59,233 nucleotides of DNA, from positions 1-59,233 of the IMG/VR virus record IMGVR_UViG_3300021197_001657; one strand, 5' to 3'. Below the pieces are notes generated by a model. That model was not told where the DNA came from and made no database searches. It saw only the letters and a program-made list of their open reading frames with translations. Position 1 is the first letter of the stretch. Each line of letters opens with the position of its first letter. Both the position numbers and the translations under genes were made by a program. This document shows positions 1 through 8,838 of this stretch, one piece after another. Source of the stretch: a virus. Lineage: Duplodnaviria; Caudoviricetes.

Positions 1-244
1 CATTATCAGAATTATCTAAATCTATTCCTCCATACTCGTATTTTACCCCTTCACTATTATCACTTAACGTCATTTGAGTAAAAGATGTCCCAATATTACC
101 TTCAAGAATTTCGTATTGAGCAAAAGGGTAACCTGATGCTTTACCTACTGATCCGTTAATAGTCCAAGCACTTCCAGAATCAGAAGCTAGTACCCTAGTT
201 CCTGTCTTATCTTGTATACTATTTACTTTTATTTCAGAACTCAT
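1..244 (-). CDS. Tail fibre-like protein, partial (runs off left edge)
   Basis: Manual translation from ATG at 244: MSSEIKVNSIQDKTGTRVLASDSGSAWT..., open to the edge; N-terminus typical of small phage fibre proteins; lies in the fibre cassette. Confidence 0.6.
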   Translation of the reverse strand, partial: MSSEIKVNSIQDKTGTRVLASDSGSAWTINGSVGKASGYPFAQYEILEGNIGTSFTQMTLSDNSEGVKYEYGGIDLDNSDN

Positions 245-250
245 TATTTC

Positions 251-565
251 TTATGGTTTTGGATTTGCATCTTTAACTTCTTTAAGTGCCTTGAAGAAAC
301 CACCGTCCTTGCTTACTTTTCCGCTATCAATATCTTTAAAAATCAAGTCAAACTGCTCACCCAAATCAGGATACTTGCGATCACGTTGGTATTTTTTTGC
401 TTTAAAATCTGCATCTAAACGATCAACCTCTTTTTGTATTTCTAATAAAGTTGGTCTATCGGCTTCATCAATATTAATCCAAGTGATTTTATTGATATCA
501 TTATCTTTTACGGATATATCAGCATTTTTTTTTAAATTTCTACAAGCCTCTGTTATAAAACTCAT
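251..565 (-). CDS. Small tail-fibre-associated (chaperone-like) protein
   Basis: KYQRDRKYP...NPKP motif; paralog of 58111-58416; coupled to the upstream fibre gene. Confidence 0.6.
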   Translation of the reverse strand: MSFITEACRNLKKNADISVKDNDINKITWINIDEADRPTLLEIQKEVDRLDADFKAKKYQRDRKYPDLGEQFDLIFKDIDSGKVSKDGGFFKALKEVKDANPKP

Positions 566-1080
566 GTCGCAATCTCCGTAATAGTAAAACAGGGCCTACA
601 AGCCCCTAGTTTATCTGCATCACTAAAAGAAAGAAAATAATGTTTGTTGTTGGTTTCGTCATCTTGATTAGACCTTTCGTACAAAGAATAAGTCCTTGCA
701 GTTGTATTACCAGCACTGACTGTAGTCCTTATAGTGACAGCATCTCCATCGTTTGCATCATGATCTTTTTGTCTTACATGCCCGTGACAACCCACACGAC
801 TAGAGCCGTTAGTGACTAAATTTACATCAGCAGCATTTGTAATATCATAAAATTTTAGAAGGGCAATCGAATGGTCATTAGCACAGGAGAGATGAAAATT
901 TAGCTCAAGGAGTAAAGTACTATTTGCGAATTTGGGGGTGATGCTAGTTCTCAAACCTGTGTCAACTTCTCCCCACGTATTCGATGCTCTTGTGACTAAA
1001 CCAATTTGTGGGGAATTAGCCGAAATTTGTACAATCGATCCTGAATAAGCGACGTAACTATTAGTTATAGTCGTAGTCAT
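562..1080 (-). CDS. Tail fibre tip / receptor-binding-like domain protein
   Basis: GSIVQ..ITPKFANS..ITEIA pattern shared with the C-terminal half of 58413-59129. Confidence 0.55.
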   Translation of the reverse strand: MTTTITNSYVAYSGSIVQISANSPQIGLVTRASNTWGEVDTGLRTSITPKFANSTLLLELNFHLSCANDHSIALLKFYDITNAADVNLVTNGSSRVGCHGHVRQKDHDANDGDAVTIRTTVSAGNTTARTYSLYERSNQDDETNNKHYFLSFSDADKLGACRPCFTITEIAT

Positions 1081-1301
1081 ATAATTACCAGTGTTCCGTT
1101 CACCACAATCGACCCGGTTGCTGTGACGGGTCCTGCAATTACTGCCGAGTCACCAGAGGCTATGGTCCAGGTCGTGTCTGCCGGGACTGTCTGGGAACCC
1201 CTGTATAGCATCTTGTTCTTAATACCGCTTGAGTCGAACTCAGGTGGGCCCGTCTCTTTTAAATCATTAGACCCTGCCTGTGTGTTTCCTACTCTCCTCA
1301 T
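1077..1301 (-). CDS. Small tail-associated protein
   Basis: Beta-rich C-terminus AVIAGPVT..IVVNGTLVII; overlapping start/stop with neighbours. Confidence 0.55.
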   Translation of the reverse strand: MRRVGNTQAGSNDLKETGPPEFDSSGIKNKMLYRGSQTVPADTTWTIASGDSAVIAGPVTATGSIVVNGTLVII

Positions 1302-1681
1302 GAAATTTCCTCGTAGCTTGCGATTACATCCAGGTCGTTTGCAACACTTGCCTGGGCATATACACTTCGATCTTCTTCTATGTACATTGCCGTTGACTTG
1401 TCGATTACAACCAGCATACCCCCGGCTGGAACCGCTACCGACTTTGCAAGGTGGTAGCTTGTACCGCTGTCTGCTGGTCCACCGTCTGCGGTCACATAGG
1501 TGATCGTAATATCAGCAGAATTTTCACCATCATCATTGACCACTATTAATTGATTCAACTTAAAAACCTTTCCCGAACTAGCCGCATTTGATATGACCGC
1601 AGTTGCATTTCCCGTGTTCAGATCAACTGCCGCAGACTTTGCGGTAATAGTCGCTACATTAACTACATTGGGTGCACTCAT
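1298..1681 (-). CDS. Putative tail structural protein
   Basis: MSAPNVVNV..SYEEIS beta-sandwich-like; follows a gene ending IAMAIVFG. Confidence 0.55.
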   Translation of the reverse strand: MSAPNVVNVATITAKSAAVDLNTGNATAVISNAASSGKVFKLNQLIVVNDDGENSADITITYVTADGGPADSGTSYHLAKSVAVPAGGMLVVIDKSTAMYIEEDRSVYAQASVANDLDVIASYEEIS

Positions 1682-1688
1682 GTTTTCC

Positions 1689-2357
1689 TCATCCGAATAC
1701 TATGGCCATGGCAATACTCTTTCCAGTGGTTGCTAGTTTATTTATATTAGTTGCGGTTTGTGTTATTAAAGTACCGCCAAGTTTTAAACCATTACTTCCG
1801 TCATGTGATGCAATGTCTACGTCCAGTGTCCCATCCGCAAACCTAATTCCTCCAGCAGGTGGCTGTATTAGTAATTTGTCTGTACCGTCTTCATCGTACT
1901 CGATATGTGCGTCCTTGCCCGTACCGAAGTATAGCTTCTTGTCATCCGATATTGTTACATCGCCACCCGATATTAATAGGCTGTCTGTACCGTCTTCGTC
2001 ATACTCCAGACTCACATCACTCGTTGTACCAAAGCTGAGCTTCTTGTCGTCGTTTATTATTACATCACCAGTAATAGTATCACCACTCCTCTTAACCGCA
2101 TCCGCTAAAAAGAAACTCCTGAATACATGTAGCTCAAATATATCATCCTCTACCGCAGCAGAACCAAGGGCAACCTGGCTAGAGGTTGCTGTGTAGTCCT
2201 CTGTTTCCTTCAGCATAATTCCGTTTAAATAGACGTTGTACTCATCTCCACCGTCTATGATGCATGGGAAGTTAGTCTGCCCACCAGAGCCCACGGTTGT
2301 TATGTATTTATCAACCTTACTATTACCCGATATAGATGCTTTACCGATGAATGGCAT
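1689..2357 (-). CDS. Tail fibre-like protein with internal ~30-aa repeat
   Basis: VYLNGIML motif; DDKKLxFGTxxDxxxEYDEDGTDxLLI twice; C-terminal IAMAIVFG. Confidence 0.55.
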   Translation of the reverse strand: MPFIGKASISGNSKVDKYITTVGSGGQTNFPCIIDGGDEYNVYLNGIMLKETEDYTATSSQVALGSAAVEDDIFELHVFRSFFLADAVKRSGDTITGDVIINDDKKLSFGTTSDVSLEYDEDGTDSLLISGGDVTISDDKKLYFGTGKDAHIEYDEDGTDKLLIQPPAGGIRFADGTLDVDIASHDGSNGLKLGGTLITQTATNINKLATTGKSIAMAIVFG

Positions 2358-2725
2358 TAGGTCATCTCCATGTAAGAAAAAACTACATCAATATTAGTGT
2401 TTGCCGCATATACCTTCACGGAGTCTCCAACCTGTAGTACATATTTTTGTCCGGCCATTAGTTCAAGTGATGTTTTTTCATCAATTGTGACATCCTTTAT
2501 TATATATGCTGATGCGTTACTACCTATATTGCTATTGTTTCCTGAGTTGTTTGTTGCCGACACCAGTTGAACACTCGTGTCCACAGACGAACTGTGTTTA
2601 TTAGAAAGTAGCAATGCCAGCACAACCGTTGTAGTAGACCCAGGACATGTATAAATAGTAGCGGTGTTTGCACCTACCGTTGTTGCTACTGAACTAACCG
2701 ATGTTACTTTGAACGTGTTAGCCAT
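2357..2725 (-). CDS. Putative tail structural protein
   Basis: MANTFK..IYTCP..SYMEMT; similar in size and pattern to 1298-1681. Confidence 0.55.
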   Translation of the reverse strand: MANTFKVTSVSSVATTVGANTATIYTCPGSTTTVVLALLLSNKHSSSVDTSVQLVSATNNSGNNSNIGSNASAYIIKDVTIDEKTSLELMAGQKYVLQVGDSVKVYAANTNIDVVFSYMEMT

Positions 2726-2728
2726 ATA

Positions 2729-3835
2729 TCATCCGAGGGCAATTGCCATAGCTGTAATCTCTGAAGAGATAATGCTGTTTCCACTCCAGGTGCTAAGTGC
2801 TTGGTTTTCCACATTGCTTAAACCAACTTGAGTTTTTGTTACTGAGTGGGGATTAGATGTACTGCTAGTGTGAGCAGTTAAGTCTGAGGCTGTCGCAACC
2901 CCTGCCTCTGCTGCCGTCTGGTTAATCCATGTTGAAGTGCCTGTATCATAGGCCAGAACCTCATTGTCTGCCGGGGTGCCTGTAATCGTGGTGTCATTAA
3001 GCTCTGCAATAGTGTCTTCGGTTGCCACCTGAGCATCCACATAAGTCTTGATAGCCTTTGCAGAAGCCAGGGTGTCATCTGACCCGGATACCGAAGAAAG
3101 GTCTGTATCCAGACTTCCCGATGCAATATGGCTAGTAGTCAGGTCAACCAGTGAAACTGCACCAGAAGAGACACTAAAGTCTGCCGATGCAAATGAGGCA
3201 ATACCCTTGTTTGAGGAAGTTGCGTCCTCTCCAGTAACAGTAATCGTTGTCCCAGTTGCAGAGGTGTCAATACCCTCACCTCCTGCTACTGTCAATGTCT
3301 CTGATCCTAAAGCAACATCTATAGTGCCTGAGTCGGTAGTCGCATCCAGGTCTGATGCGGTTATCTGAGCATCGACATAGGTTTTAATAGCCTTGGCGGA
3401 TGCCAACGTATCATCAGAACCCGACACACTGGATATATCAGTATCTAAAGTGCTAGATGCAATATGGCTTGTTGTAATATCAACCAAAGACACCGCACCA
3501 CTAGAAACTGAAAAATCTGCACTTGCAAATGAAGCCACCCCTTTCGCACTAGTTGAGGCATCTGTGGCGGCTATCGTTAAACTATCTGCACCACCATTTA
3601 CCGTTGCTGTTATGGGAGCGGTTGCTGATACTGTCAAAGTATCCGTTGATGTATCGGCCTCCATTGTATTTGATCCATCTGTTATAAAAACAAATGCGTT
3701 CTGGCTGGAGCCAATTTTACTAAATGGTGTTGATACGCTAATACTCGGAGTGGTTTGTGTTACCGTTACTTTGTTACTAGACGGAGTAACAGTAACTCCA
3801 TTATTAGACTCCGTAACAGTTACTAAATTACTCAT
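2729..3835 (-). CDS. Tail fibre protein with ~67-aa duplication
   Basis: Ser/Thr/Ala-rich; [18 protein letters not shown] twice; [17 protein letters not shown] fibre motif; ends TAMAIALG. Confidence 0.7.
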   Translation of the reverse strand: MSNLVTVTESNNGVTVTPSSNKVTVTQTTPSISVSTPFSKIGSSQNAFVFITDGSNTMEADTSTDTLTVSATAPITATVNGGADSLTIAATDASTSAKGVASFASADFSVSSGAVSLVDITTSHIASSTLDTDISSVSGSDDTLASAKAIKTYVDAQITASDLDATTDSGTIDVALGSETLTVAGGEGIDTSATGTTITVTGEDATSSNKGIASFASADFSVSSGAVSLVDLTTSHIASGSLDTDLSSVSGSDDTLASAKAIKTYVDAQVATEDTIAELNDTTITGTPADNEVLAYDTGTSTWINQTAAEAGVATASDLTAHTSSTSNPHSVTKTQVGLSNVENQALSTWSGNSIISSEITAMAIALG

Positions 3836-4182
3836 GCGGTTACCTCACGGTTAAGTATCACTCTTCCCTCTAAAATCCTTGAAACGGTGTCTGCACTTGT
3901 ATTCTTTAGCTCAAAGTCATATACAGCATTGTCGAAGTCGTATCCTGCGGTTGTCCCGTATGCTATTTTGATATTAATATTTGGGCTGGAACTCAACAGG
4001 GTTATACCACTACCATTTGCTAGGCTGGCAATCTCAGTACCACCCTTTGATTCCTTGATTTTCATTGCGGCAGTATAGCCGGAACCCAGTGCCAACAAAG
4101 ACCCTCCACTGTCTTTATAATCAATATCGAGATCAAGGTCAGCCCCCTGCTCTATCGTAATATCATACTTTCCTGCGGCCAC
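3832..4182 (-). CDS. Phage structural protein (Ig-like, BppU N-terminal-like)
   Basis: [27 protein letters not shown] pattern common to phage tail proteins. Confidence 0.55.
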   Translation of the reverse strand: MAAGKYDITIEQGADLDLDIDYKDSGGSLLALGSGYTAAMKIKESKGGTEIASLANGSGITLLSSSPNINIKIAYGTTAGYDFDNAVYDFELKNTSADTVSRILEGRVILNREVTA

Positions 4183-4319
4183 TACTGTCCTCCTCTCATT
4201 TCACTAAGTATAGAGAAAGGTATTGTCTTACTGTTGCATTTACAAGGGTTATCCTTTGTACACTCACATGGGTCACAGGTGCAATTTTCACACTCGCACT
4301 CAGGGTTTGCACACTTCAT
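4182..4319 (-). CDS. Metallothionein-like Cys-rich 45-aa peptide (not in ORF track)
   Basis: MKCANPECECENCTCDPCECTKDNPCKCNSKTIPFSILSEMRGGQ; 9 Cys in first 28 aa; ATGA overlap with upstream stop and TAGTG overlap with downstream start. Confidence 0.75.
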   Translation of the reverse strand: MKCANPECECENCTCDPCECTKDNPCKCNSKTIPFSILSEMRGGQ

Positions 4320-5338
4320 AAGTACCTGTTAATAACCATTGAACCTCTGTTTCTACCCTCGGATATAGATGTACTAGACATACCCTCCATACTCTTAGCC
4401 TCATTCATTTGTTCTATAAACCTCATCCTGTACATCTGGGACTTCTCTATGCTCTTCACCTGGCCCTCTTTCAGCCACGCTCTTTCAAGCGCACCAAAGA
4501 CTATTCCCTCGTGCCAGTAAGCATTGATTGTCGGGGTTGATGTATCGGAAGACAAACCAGAACTAAGTGGGACACCCCTGACTTTAAGTGTTAGAAACAC
4601 CTTTGTTGTTGCATCCTTGTCCTCGTAAATGTCTATGTTCTGTTTAGGAAGTGGATATATCCTGAATGTATCAGATGTGCGGTTGTTGAAGATCACAGCC
4701 TCTATTGGACCATGCTGTTCTCTCCACTTCGGAGTGTTGTCCACACTATTCACCGCAGAAGAAAATGCGTTGGGATGAAACCCCATACTAGACTCAAGCA
4801 TGTAGTGCTTGGAACCCCTGCTCGATGCCGCAGCATTTAACTGTGACTCGGAGTATATCGCCAGTTCCCTGCCGTTTATACTAACCGAGGTAACCTCTGC
4901 TATCGTGCTGGGCTTCGTGTAGGTGGGACCTATTCTAAATACAGAGACGGAGCTATCGTTAACCGTATCACCAAAGTTAACCTTGTAGGTAACCGTAGTC
5001 GTGCTCGGTACAAGTATATTAAACGGGCCTAGATATTCACTAGGACCTCCGTCAGCAACAAGAATAGCATCACCCGAACTATAACCATGGGCACCACTAA
5101 AAGTTATCTTAGCGGTCTTACCATCAACTGTAAGCGTTCCAGTCTTGGTAGCCTCCCCAAGGGGGGTCGTACTACCCGGATTGGTGGCATCTCCTTCAAC
5201 CTGGGGATGTCTTGTGATTCTTGTGAATTCTGTAAGTGCATCATCGATGTACGTATTTATTTCACGATCACTCCAGTGACGGTTGTCTTGATCTTGCAGT
5301 GCTGACTCAACTCTTTCACGGATGTCTTTCCGATTCAT
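4316..5338 (-). CDS. Head-to-tail adaptor-like protein with inserted beta domain
   Basis: LQDxxNRHWSDREINTYIDDAL N-terminus; FRIYPLP; YWHEGIVFGAL C-terminal helices; position after capsid genes. Confidence 0.65.
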   Translation of the reverse strand: MNRKDIRERVESALQDQDNRHWSDREINTYIDDALTEFTRITRHPQVEGDATNPGSTTPLGEATKTGTLTVDGKTAKITFSGAHGYSSGDAILVADGGPSEYLGPFNILVPSTTTVTYKVNFGDTVNDSSVSVFRIGPTYTKPSTIAEVTSVSINGRELAIYSESQLNAAASSRGSKHYMLESSMGFHPNAFSSAVNSVDNTPKWREQHGPIEAVIFNNRTSDTFRIYPLPKQNIDIYEDKDATTKVFLTLKVRGVPLSSGLSSDTSTPTINAYWHEGIVFGALERAWLKEGQVKSIEKSQMYRMRFIEQMNEAKSMEGMSSTSISEGRNRGSMVINRYL

Positions 5339-5844
5339 TAATCACTAAGGTCAATAACCTCGTGACGTTCTTTGGCATCTTCCAGAGTTTCTTTTGTTAT
5401 AGTCATGTCTTGTTTAGAGTCAATAGACTGTGCTTCTTTTTCTCCAGTTTTAGGCCACTTAACCACAGTAAATGGGAACCTTCTACTGTGTCTTCCTGTA
5501 AGCTGGCTAGACATGTCTTTTTGAAAATACTCTGTAGTTATGCAGTCACTCAGTACGTTTACATGAGACAAGGGAACTATTCTATTAGAACCCCTCGGTA
5601 TAACAAGAGTCCATTCGCCATAGGTTACAGGAACTGGGCCCATATCCGTCATATCTCTGCCGTGTTCTACATTGATCACTGCAAATCCTGCCGGGACTTC
5701 ATCACCCTTTTTCCACTCAGCCGCCATTTTTGCTCCACCATTAAGGACAACCCATTTACCCTCTCCTGCTGGAACATAAGCATCACTAAGATTCCCTTTA
5801 GGTATCCCTGTTGAAGAGGGAACCAACCCACCTGCTATAGACAT
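5338..5844 (-). CDS. Hypothetical virion-associated protein
   Basis: 168-aa ORF with AGGAG RBS, in the head operon. Confidence 0.55.
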   Translation of the reverse strand: MSIAGGLVPSSTGIPKGNLSDAYVPAGEGKWVVLNGGAKMAAEWKKGDEVPAGFAVINVEHGRDMTDMGPVPVTYGEWTLVIPRGSNRIVPLSHVNVLSDCITTEYFQKDMSSQLTGRHSRRFPFTVVKWPKTGEKEAQSIDSKQDMTITKETLEDAKERHEVIDLSD

Positions 5845-5863
5845 ATATATCTCCTATTAAGTT

Positions 5864-5885
5864 AGCCGGAGCCGAAACCCCGGCT
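5864..5885 (-). terminator. Stem-loop after capsid-associated gene
   Basis: Minus strand AGCCGGGG-TTTCGG-CTCCGGCT hairpin; weak U tract. Confidence 0.5.
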
Positions 5886-5906
5886 TAAATTAGCACTGAA
5901 TGGTGC

Positions 5907-6476
5907 TTACAAACTCGTTTGAGTCCAGACAATGTTGGCTGGGAACATGTACTCGACCCACCAAAGTAAAGTTCCTGCTGTTGAAACAGCACCTCCACCT
6001 TGAACCTGACTAAGTGTAACTGGAGCAACTTTTTCCTCACCGTTTGATCCAAAAGAAGATGAAAGCGTGTAAGACGGCATTGTTCCAATAAAAAGTCCTG
6101 CTGGTTGAATTGGGTTAGCAGTTCCTGCAGCAACAGCAATTGTTGTATTTGCCGAGGCACAAATTTTTGTTCCTTTTAGAGTTAAGGCAAAAGACGCTAC
6201 TGCACAATCCAAGTATGCATCTTCATCAGCCGCTCTAGCTGTTGCACCAGTAAGGTCTGTTTGGTCTAGTCCTCCACCCCAACCAGCAGCTAAAGTGGTA
6301 GTCCCACCAGCAAAAGCAGTGGTAACAACTGCACAAACGTCAGTAACTATGGCTCCCATGGGAATATTAATATAGTCAATCTGACGAGTACCATTATTTC
6401 CACCATCATGAGTAGCTGTTTTATACCCAGACACCTGGGCTGCACTAGTAATTTTATTTAATATAGAATCAGACAT
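5907..6476 (-). CDS. Putative capsid decoration/cement protein
   Basis: IPMGAIVTDVCAVVTTAFAGG motif; directly downstream of the major capsid gene. Confidence 0.55.
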   Translation of the reverse strand: MSDSILNKITSAAQVSGYKTATHDGGNNGTRQIDYINIPMGAIVTDVCAVVTTAFAGGTTTLAAGWGGGLDQTDLTGATARAADEDAYLDCAVASFALTLKGTKICASANTTIAVAAGTANPIQPAGLFIGTMPSYTLSSSFGSNGEEKVAPVTLSQVQGGGAVSTAGTLLWWVEYMFPANIVWTQTSL

Positions 6477-6499
6477 AAAGTCCTTTCAAAGAAAAAGTG

Positions 6500-6521
6500 A
6501 ACCCCGACCATTAGCCGGGGT
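6500..6521 (-). terminator. Stem-loop after major capsid gene
   Basis: ACCCCGGC-TAATG-GTCGGGGT followed by TCACTTTTTCTTT on the minus strand. Confidence 0.55.
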
Positions 6522-6533
6522 TTAGATTATGGA

Positions 6534-7616
6534 TTAAGCAAACTTAGTACATTGAGCTTCAATCCTGTACATCCAAAGGTCCTGTAATATGATACAGCTA
6601 TAAAAAGTATCCCAGGCCACTGTTCCACGCTGTCCCAACGGATCGCCAGGTCCAGGCTTAGGCATCACGACCTTAGATCGGAGGCTGTCCATTCCACCGA
6701 GAGTGGCACACCCACCGAAGTCCTGAGCCATAATTATAATTGGGTAAATGTCGGAGTTTGTTCCATCCGTTGAAACACAATGGTTAGCACTTACTCCCTC
6801 AGTATCGCCAGCACTCTTAAACGGAACCGCCTGAGTGGTGGTAATAAAACGAATACCCTCTAGTGTTCCGATCTCACCCTCGATTAAATCGCTGGTATCG
6901 GAATAATTTGCTGCATTAATCCAGCCTGTCATCGCACGAAGATCCTGACTAAGATCAGGGTGACAAACTGCAATATAAGCCTCACGAATAGGCTGAGTTG
7001 CAATTCCAACACTCGCCCGTAATTTATCACGCATTTTCTTAGCATCATTCTGCTCAAGAGAACGTATTGCTGTTTGGAATAACCTGTTAGTAGGACTAGC
7101 TCCTCCCGGAGTATTTTTAACACAATTAACTCCACCAATATTTTGATCTGTCGCAACCCTGGTTGTTCCATCAGAAGAAGACCTTACAACCGAACTTCCA
7201 GCGACAAATGTCTTAAAAGCGAGGTAATCAAGGGTCTCTCCAGCCTGTTGTGCCTGTCGCTCAGTAACGACCTGTAAAACAGGGTCATGAGAGGCTGCAA
7301 GCATTACGTCCGTAGTGTTTACATAACTGCCGTACTGCTTGAGCGTATGCATCAAAGTCGTGTGCTCAAGAGATGTGAAGTCAGGAGTGACACCCTCGGC
7401 TAATGGGCTATCAGCAATAGGAAACCGCTCATACCTTCTATGGCGAATTTCTAGTCCCTGCTTCTGTGGTTTGGTTTCCTTTTGCGCGAACTTGGCAAAA
7501 GTCTGCAATCGCTTCGCAATAGGAAGCATTCGTTTTTGAATAGTAAACGCATCATTTGCGCTCAAATCACCATAAGATTGTCCGGTTAATGCCCCGGTTC
7601 CACCGTATGCTGCCAT
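6534..7616 (-). CDS. Major capsid protein, N4-gp56 family
   Basis: PLAEGVTP, LKQYG, GEIGTLEGIRFI and GDPLGQRGTVAW motifs; follows scaffold. Confidence 0.9.
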   Translation of the reverse strand: MAAYGGTGALTGQSYGDLSANDAFTIQKRMLPIAKRLQTFAKFAQKETKPQKQGLEIRHRRYERFPIADSPLAEGVTPDFTSLEHTTLMHTLKQYGSYVNTTDVMLAASHDPVLQVVTERQAQQAGETLDYLAFKTFVAGSSVVRSSSDGTTRVATDQNIGGVNCVKNTPGGASPTNRLFQTAIRSLEQNDAKKMRDKLRASVGIATQPIREAYIAVCHPDLSQDLRAMTGWINAANYSDTSDLIEGEIGTLEGIRFITTTQAVPFKSAGDTEGVSANHCVSTDGTNSDIYPIIIMAQDFGGCATLGGMDSLRSKVVMPKPGPGDPLGQRGTVAWDTFYSCIILQDLWMYRIEAQCTKFA

Positions 7617-7643
7617 AAGTCAACTCCTTATTAATTTTTAATC

Positions 7644-8528
7644 TCAACCATCGGGTATAGAATCCCACAACTCTTCGGCTGTCATATTCTCAGGATTCTT
7701 AGTTACTCTTGGTGCAGAATTACTCACCAAACTTGACGCGGCTCTTCTACGAGCTTGTTTACGTTGAGGTTGAACTTCTTGTTCAGTTTCTTCTTCACTT
7801 GCTCTCCACGACCTACCTTGTTCCGTTTGTAAGAACAAGTTCATAACAGAAGCGTGATCCCTCGGATCTACACTCTCTGTCATCATCTTGGTCATCGCAG
7901 GACTCGCCAGCACAAACGACTGAAACTCGGCATCCTTGTCTATATCCCTGTAATCCTCACCGACTTCGGTGACCATGTGATTCTCGTGCTGTGACAGGAA
8001 ATCCTGATACTCACGGTCCTTCACACTCTTTTCCAGGGTCTCTAGCTTGTCGCCTACATTCAGGTTTTGTGCAATCTTTGCCGCCTCTGCCTGAGCTATC
8101 TTAGTGAAAGTCTTTGTCAGTTCACTGAACTCGTTCATGGTCTGCTTGTCATCCTCATCGAAGAATCTATCAGATGACGGACCAGGCTTTTCCTCCTTTA
8201 CCTCAGCCTGTGGCTGGGTTTGAAAGGACTCCATTTGTTTTTGAAGTTCCAGGTTCTGCAACCGTATGTCCTGAAATTCATCGCGCATTCTTGCGCTATC
8301 CTCATTACGTTTATGAAACTCCTTCTCTAGGTCCTTGTACCTTTTTTCAAAGTTATGTTCAGGTTCCTCTTCTTCCTCTTCAGGTTCTTCTTCGACCTCC
8401 TTTTCGGTGTCTTCAGACTCATTAGATTCTTCTTCGTCGCCTTGTTCCCAGAGTTGTTCTTCTTCGCTCAGTTCCTCTGTACCAAGTCCTTCGTCTTGGG
8501 GAGAAACGTCCTGCGTCTCTTCTGCCAT
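7644..8528 (-). CDS. Capsid scaffolding protein
   Basis: Acidic N-terminus, KRYKDLEKEF coiled coil; between portal and capsid. Confidence 0.7.
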   Translation of the reverse strand: MAEETQDVSPQDEGLGTEELSEEEQLWEQGDEEESNESEDTEKEVEEEPEEEEEEPEHNFEKRYKDLEKEFHKRNEDSARMRDEFQDIRLQNLELQKQMESFQTQPQAEVKEEKPGPSSDRFFDEDDKQTMNEFSELTKTFTKIAQAEAAKIAQNLNVGDKLETLEKSVKDREYQDFLSQHENHMVTEVGEDYRDIDKDAEFQSFVLASPAMTKMMTESVDPRDHASVMNLFLQTEQGRSWRASEEETEQEVQPQRKQARRRAASSLVSNSAPRVTKNPENMTAEELWDSIPDG

Positions 8529-8589
8529 AATTTCCTTTTCACTTTCGATGTCCCGTTTAAAAAACGGATCTAAGGTGCTGACCCCTCGG

Positions 8590-8838
8590 CTATCCGGTGG
8601 AGGTCGGTTTATTTAACGCCTGTTCGGGATAATTTAATATTTCTTCCCAGGCCTGTATCCGGCCAACACGAGTATTATGCTTCGCAGTTGACTCGGTATC
8701 ATGAAGCGGTGATCTGATAATAGACTCCATCTCCGCCTCTACTCTATCAGAGTATAAATTCTTGAGGTGCTTCCACCCCGGATGTTCAACTAACAACGCT
8801 ATCGTTTTATTGTCAATATATTTATTCGGCTGGCGCAT
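8590..8838 (-). CDS. Small conserved post-portal protein
   Basis: HPGWKHL..GRIQAWEEILNYP; typical position. Confidence 0.6.
   Translation of the reverse strand: MRQPNKYIDNKTIALLVEHPGWKHLKNLYSDRVEAEMESIIRSPLHDTESTAKHNTRVGRIQAWEEILNYPEQALNKPTSTG

Noticed and set aside
1-3835. Diversity-generating retroelement acting on tail fibres
   Set aside because: No reverse transcriptase in the window; the repeats differ at all base types rather than only at adenines
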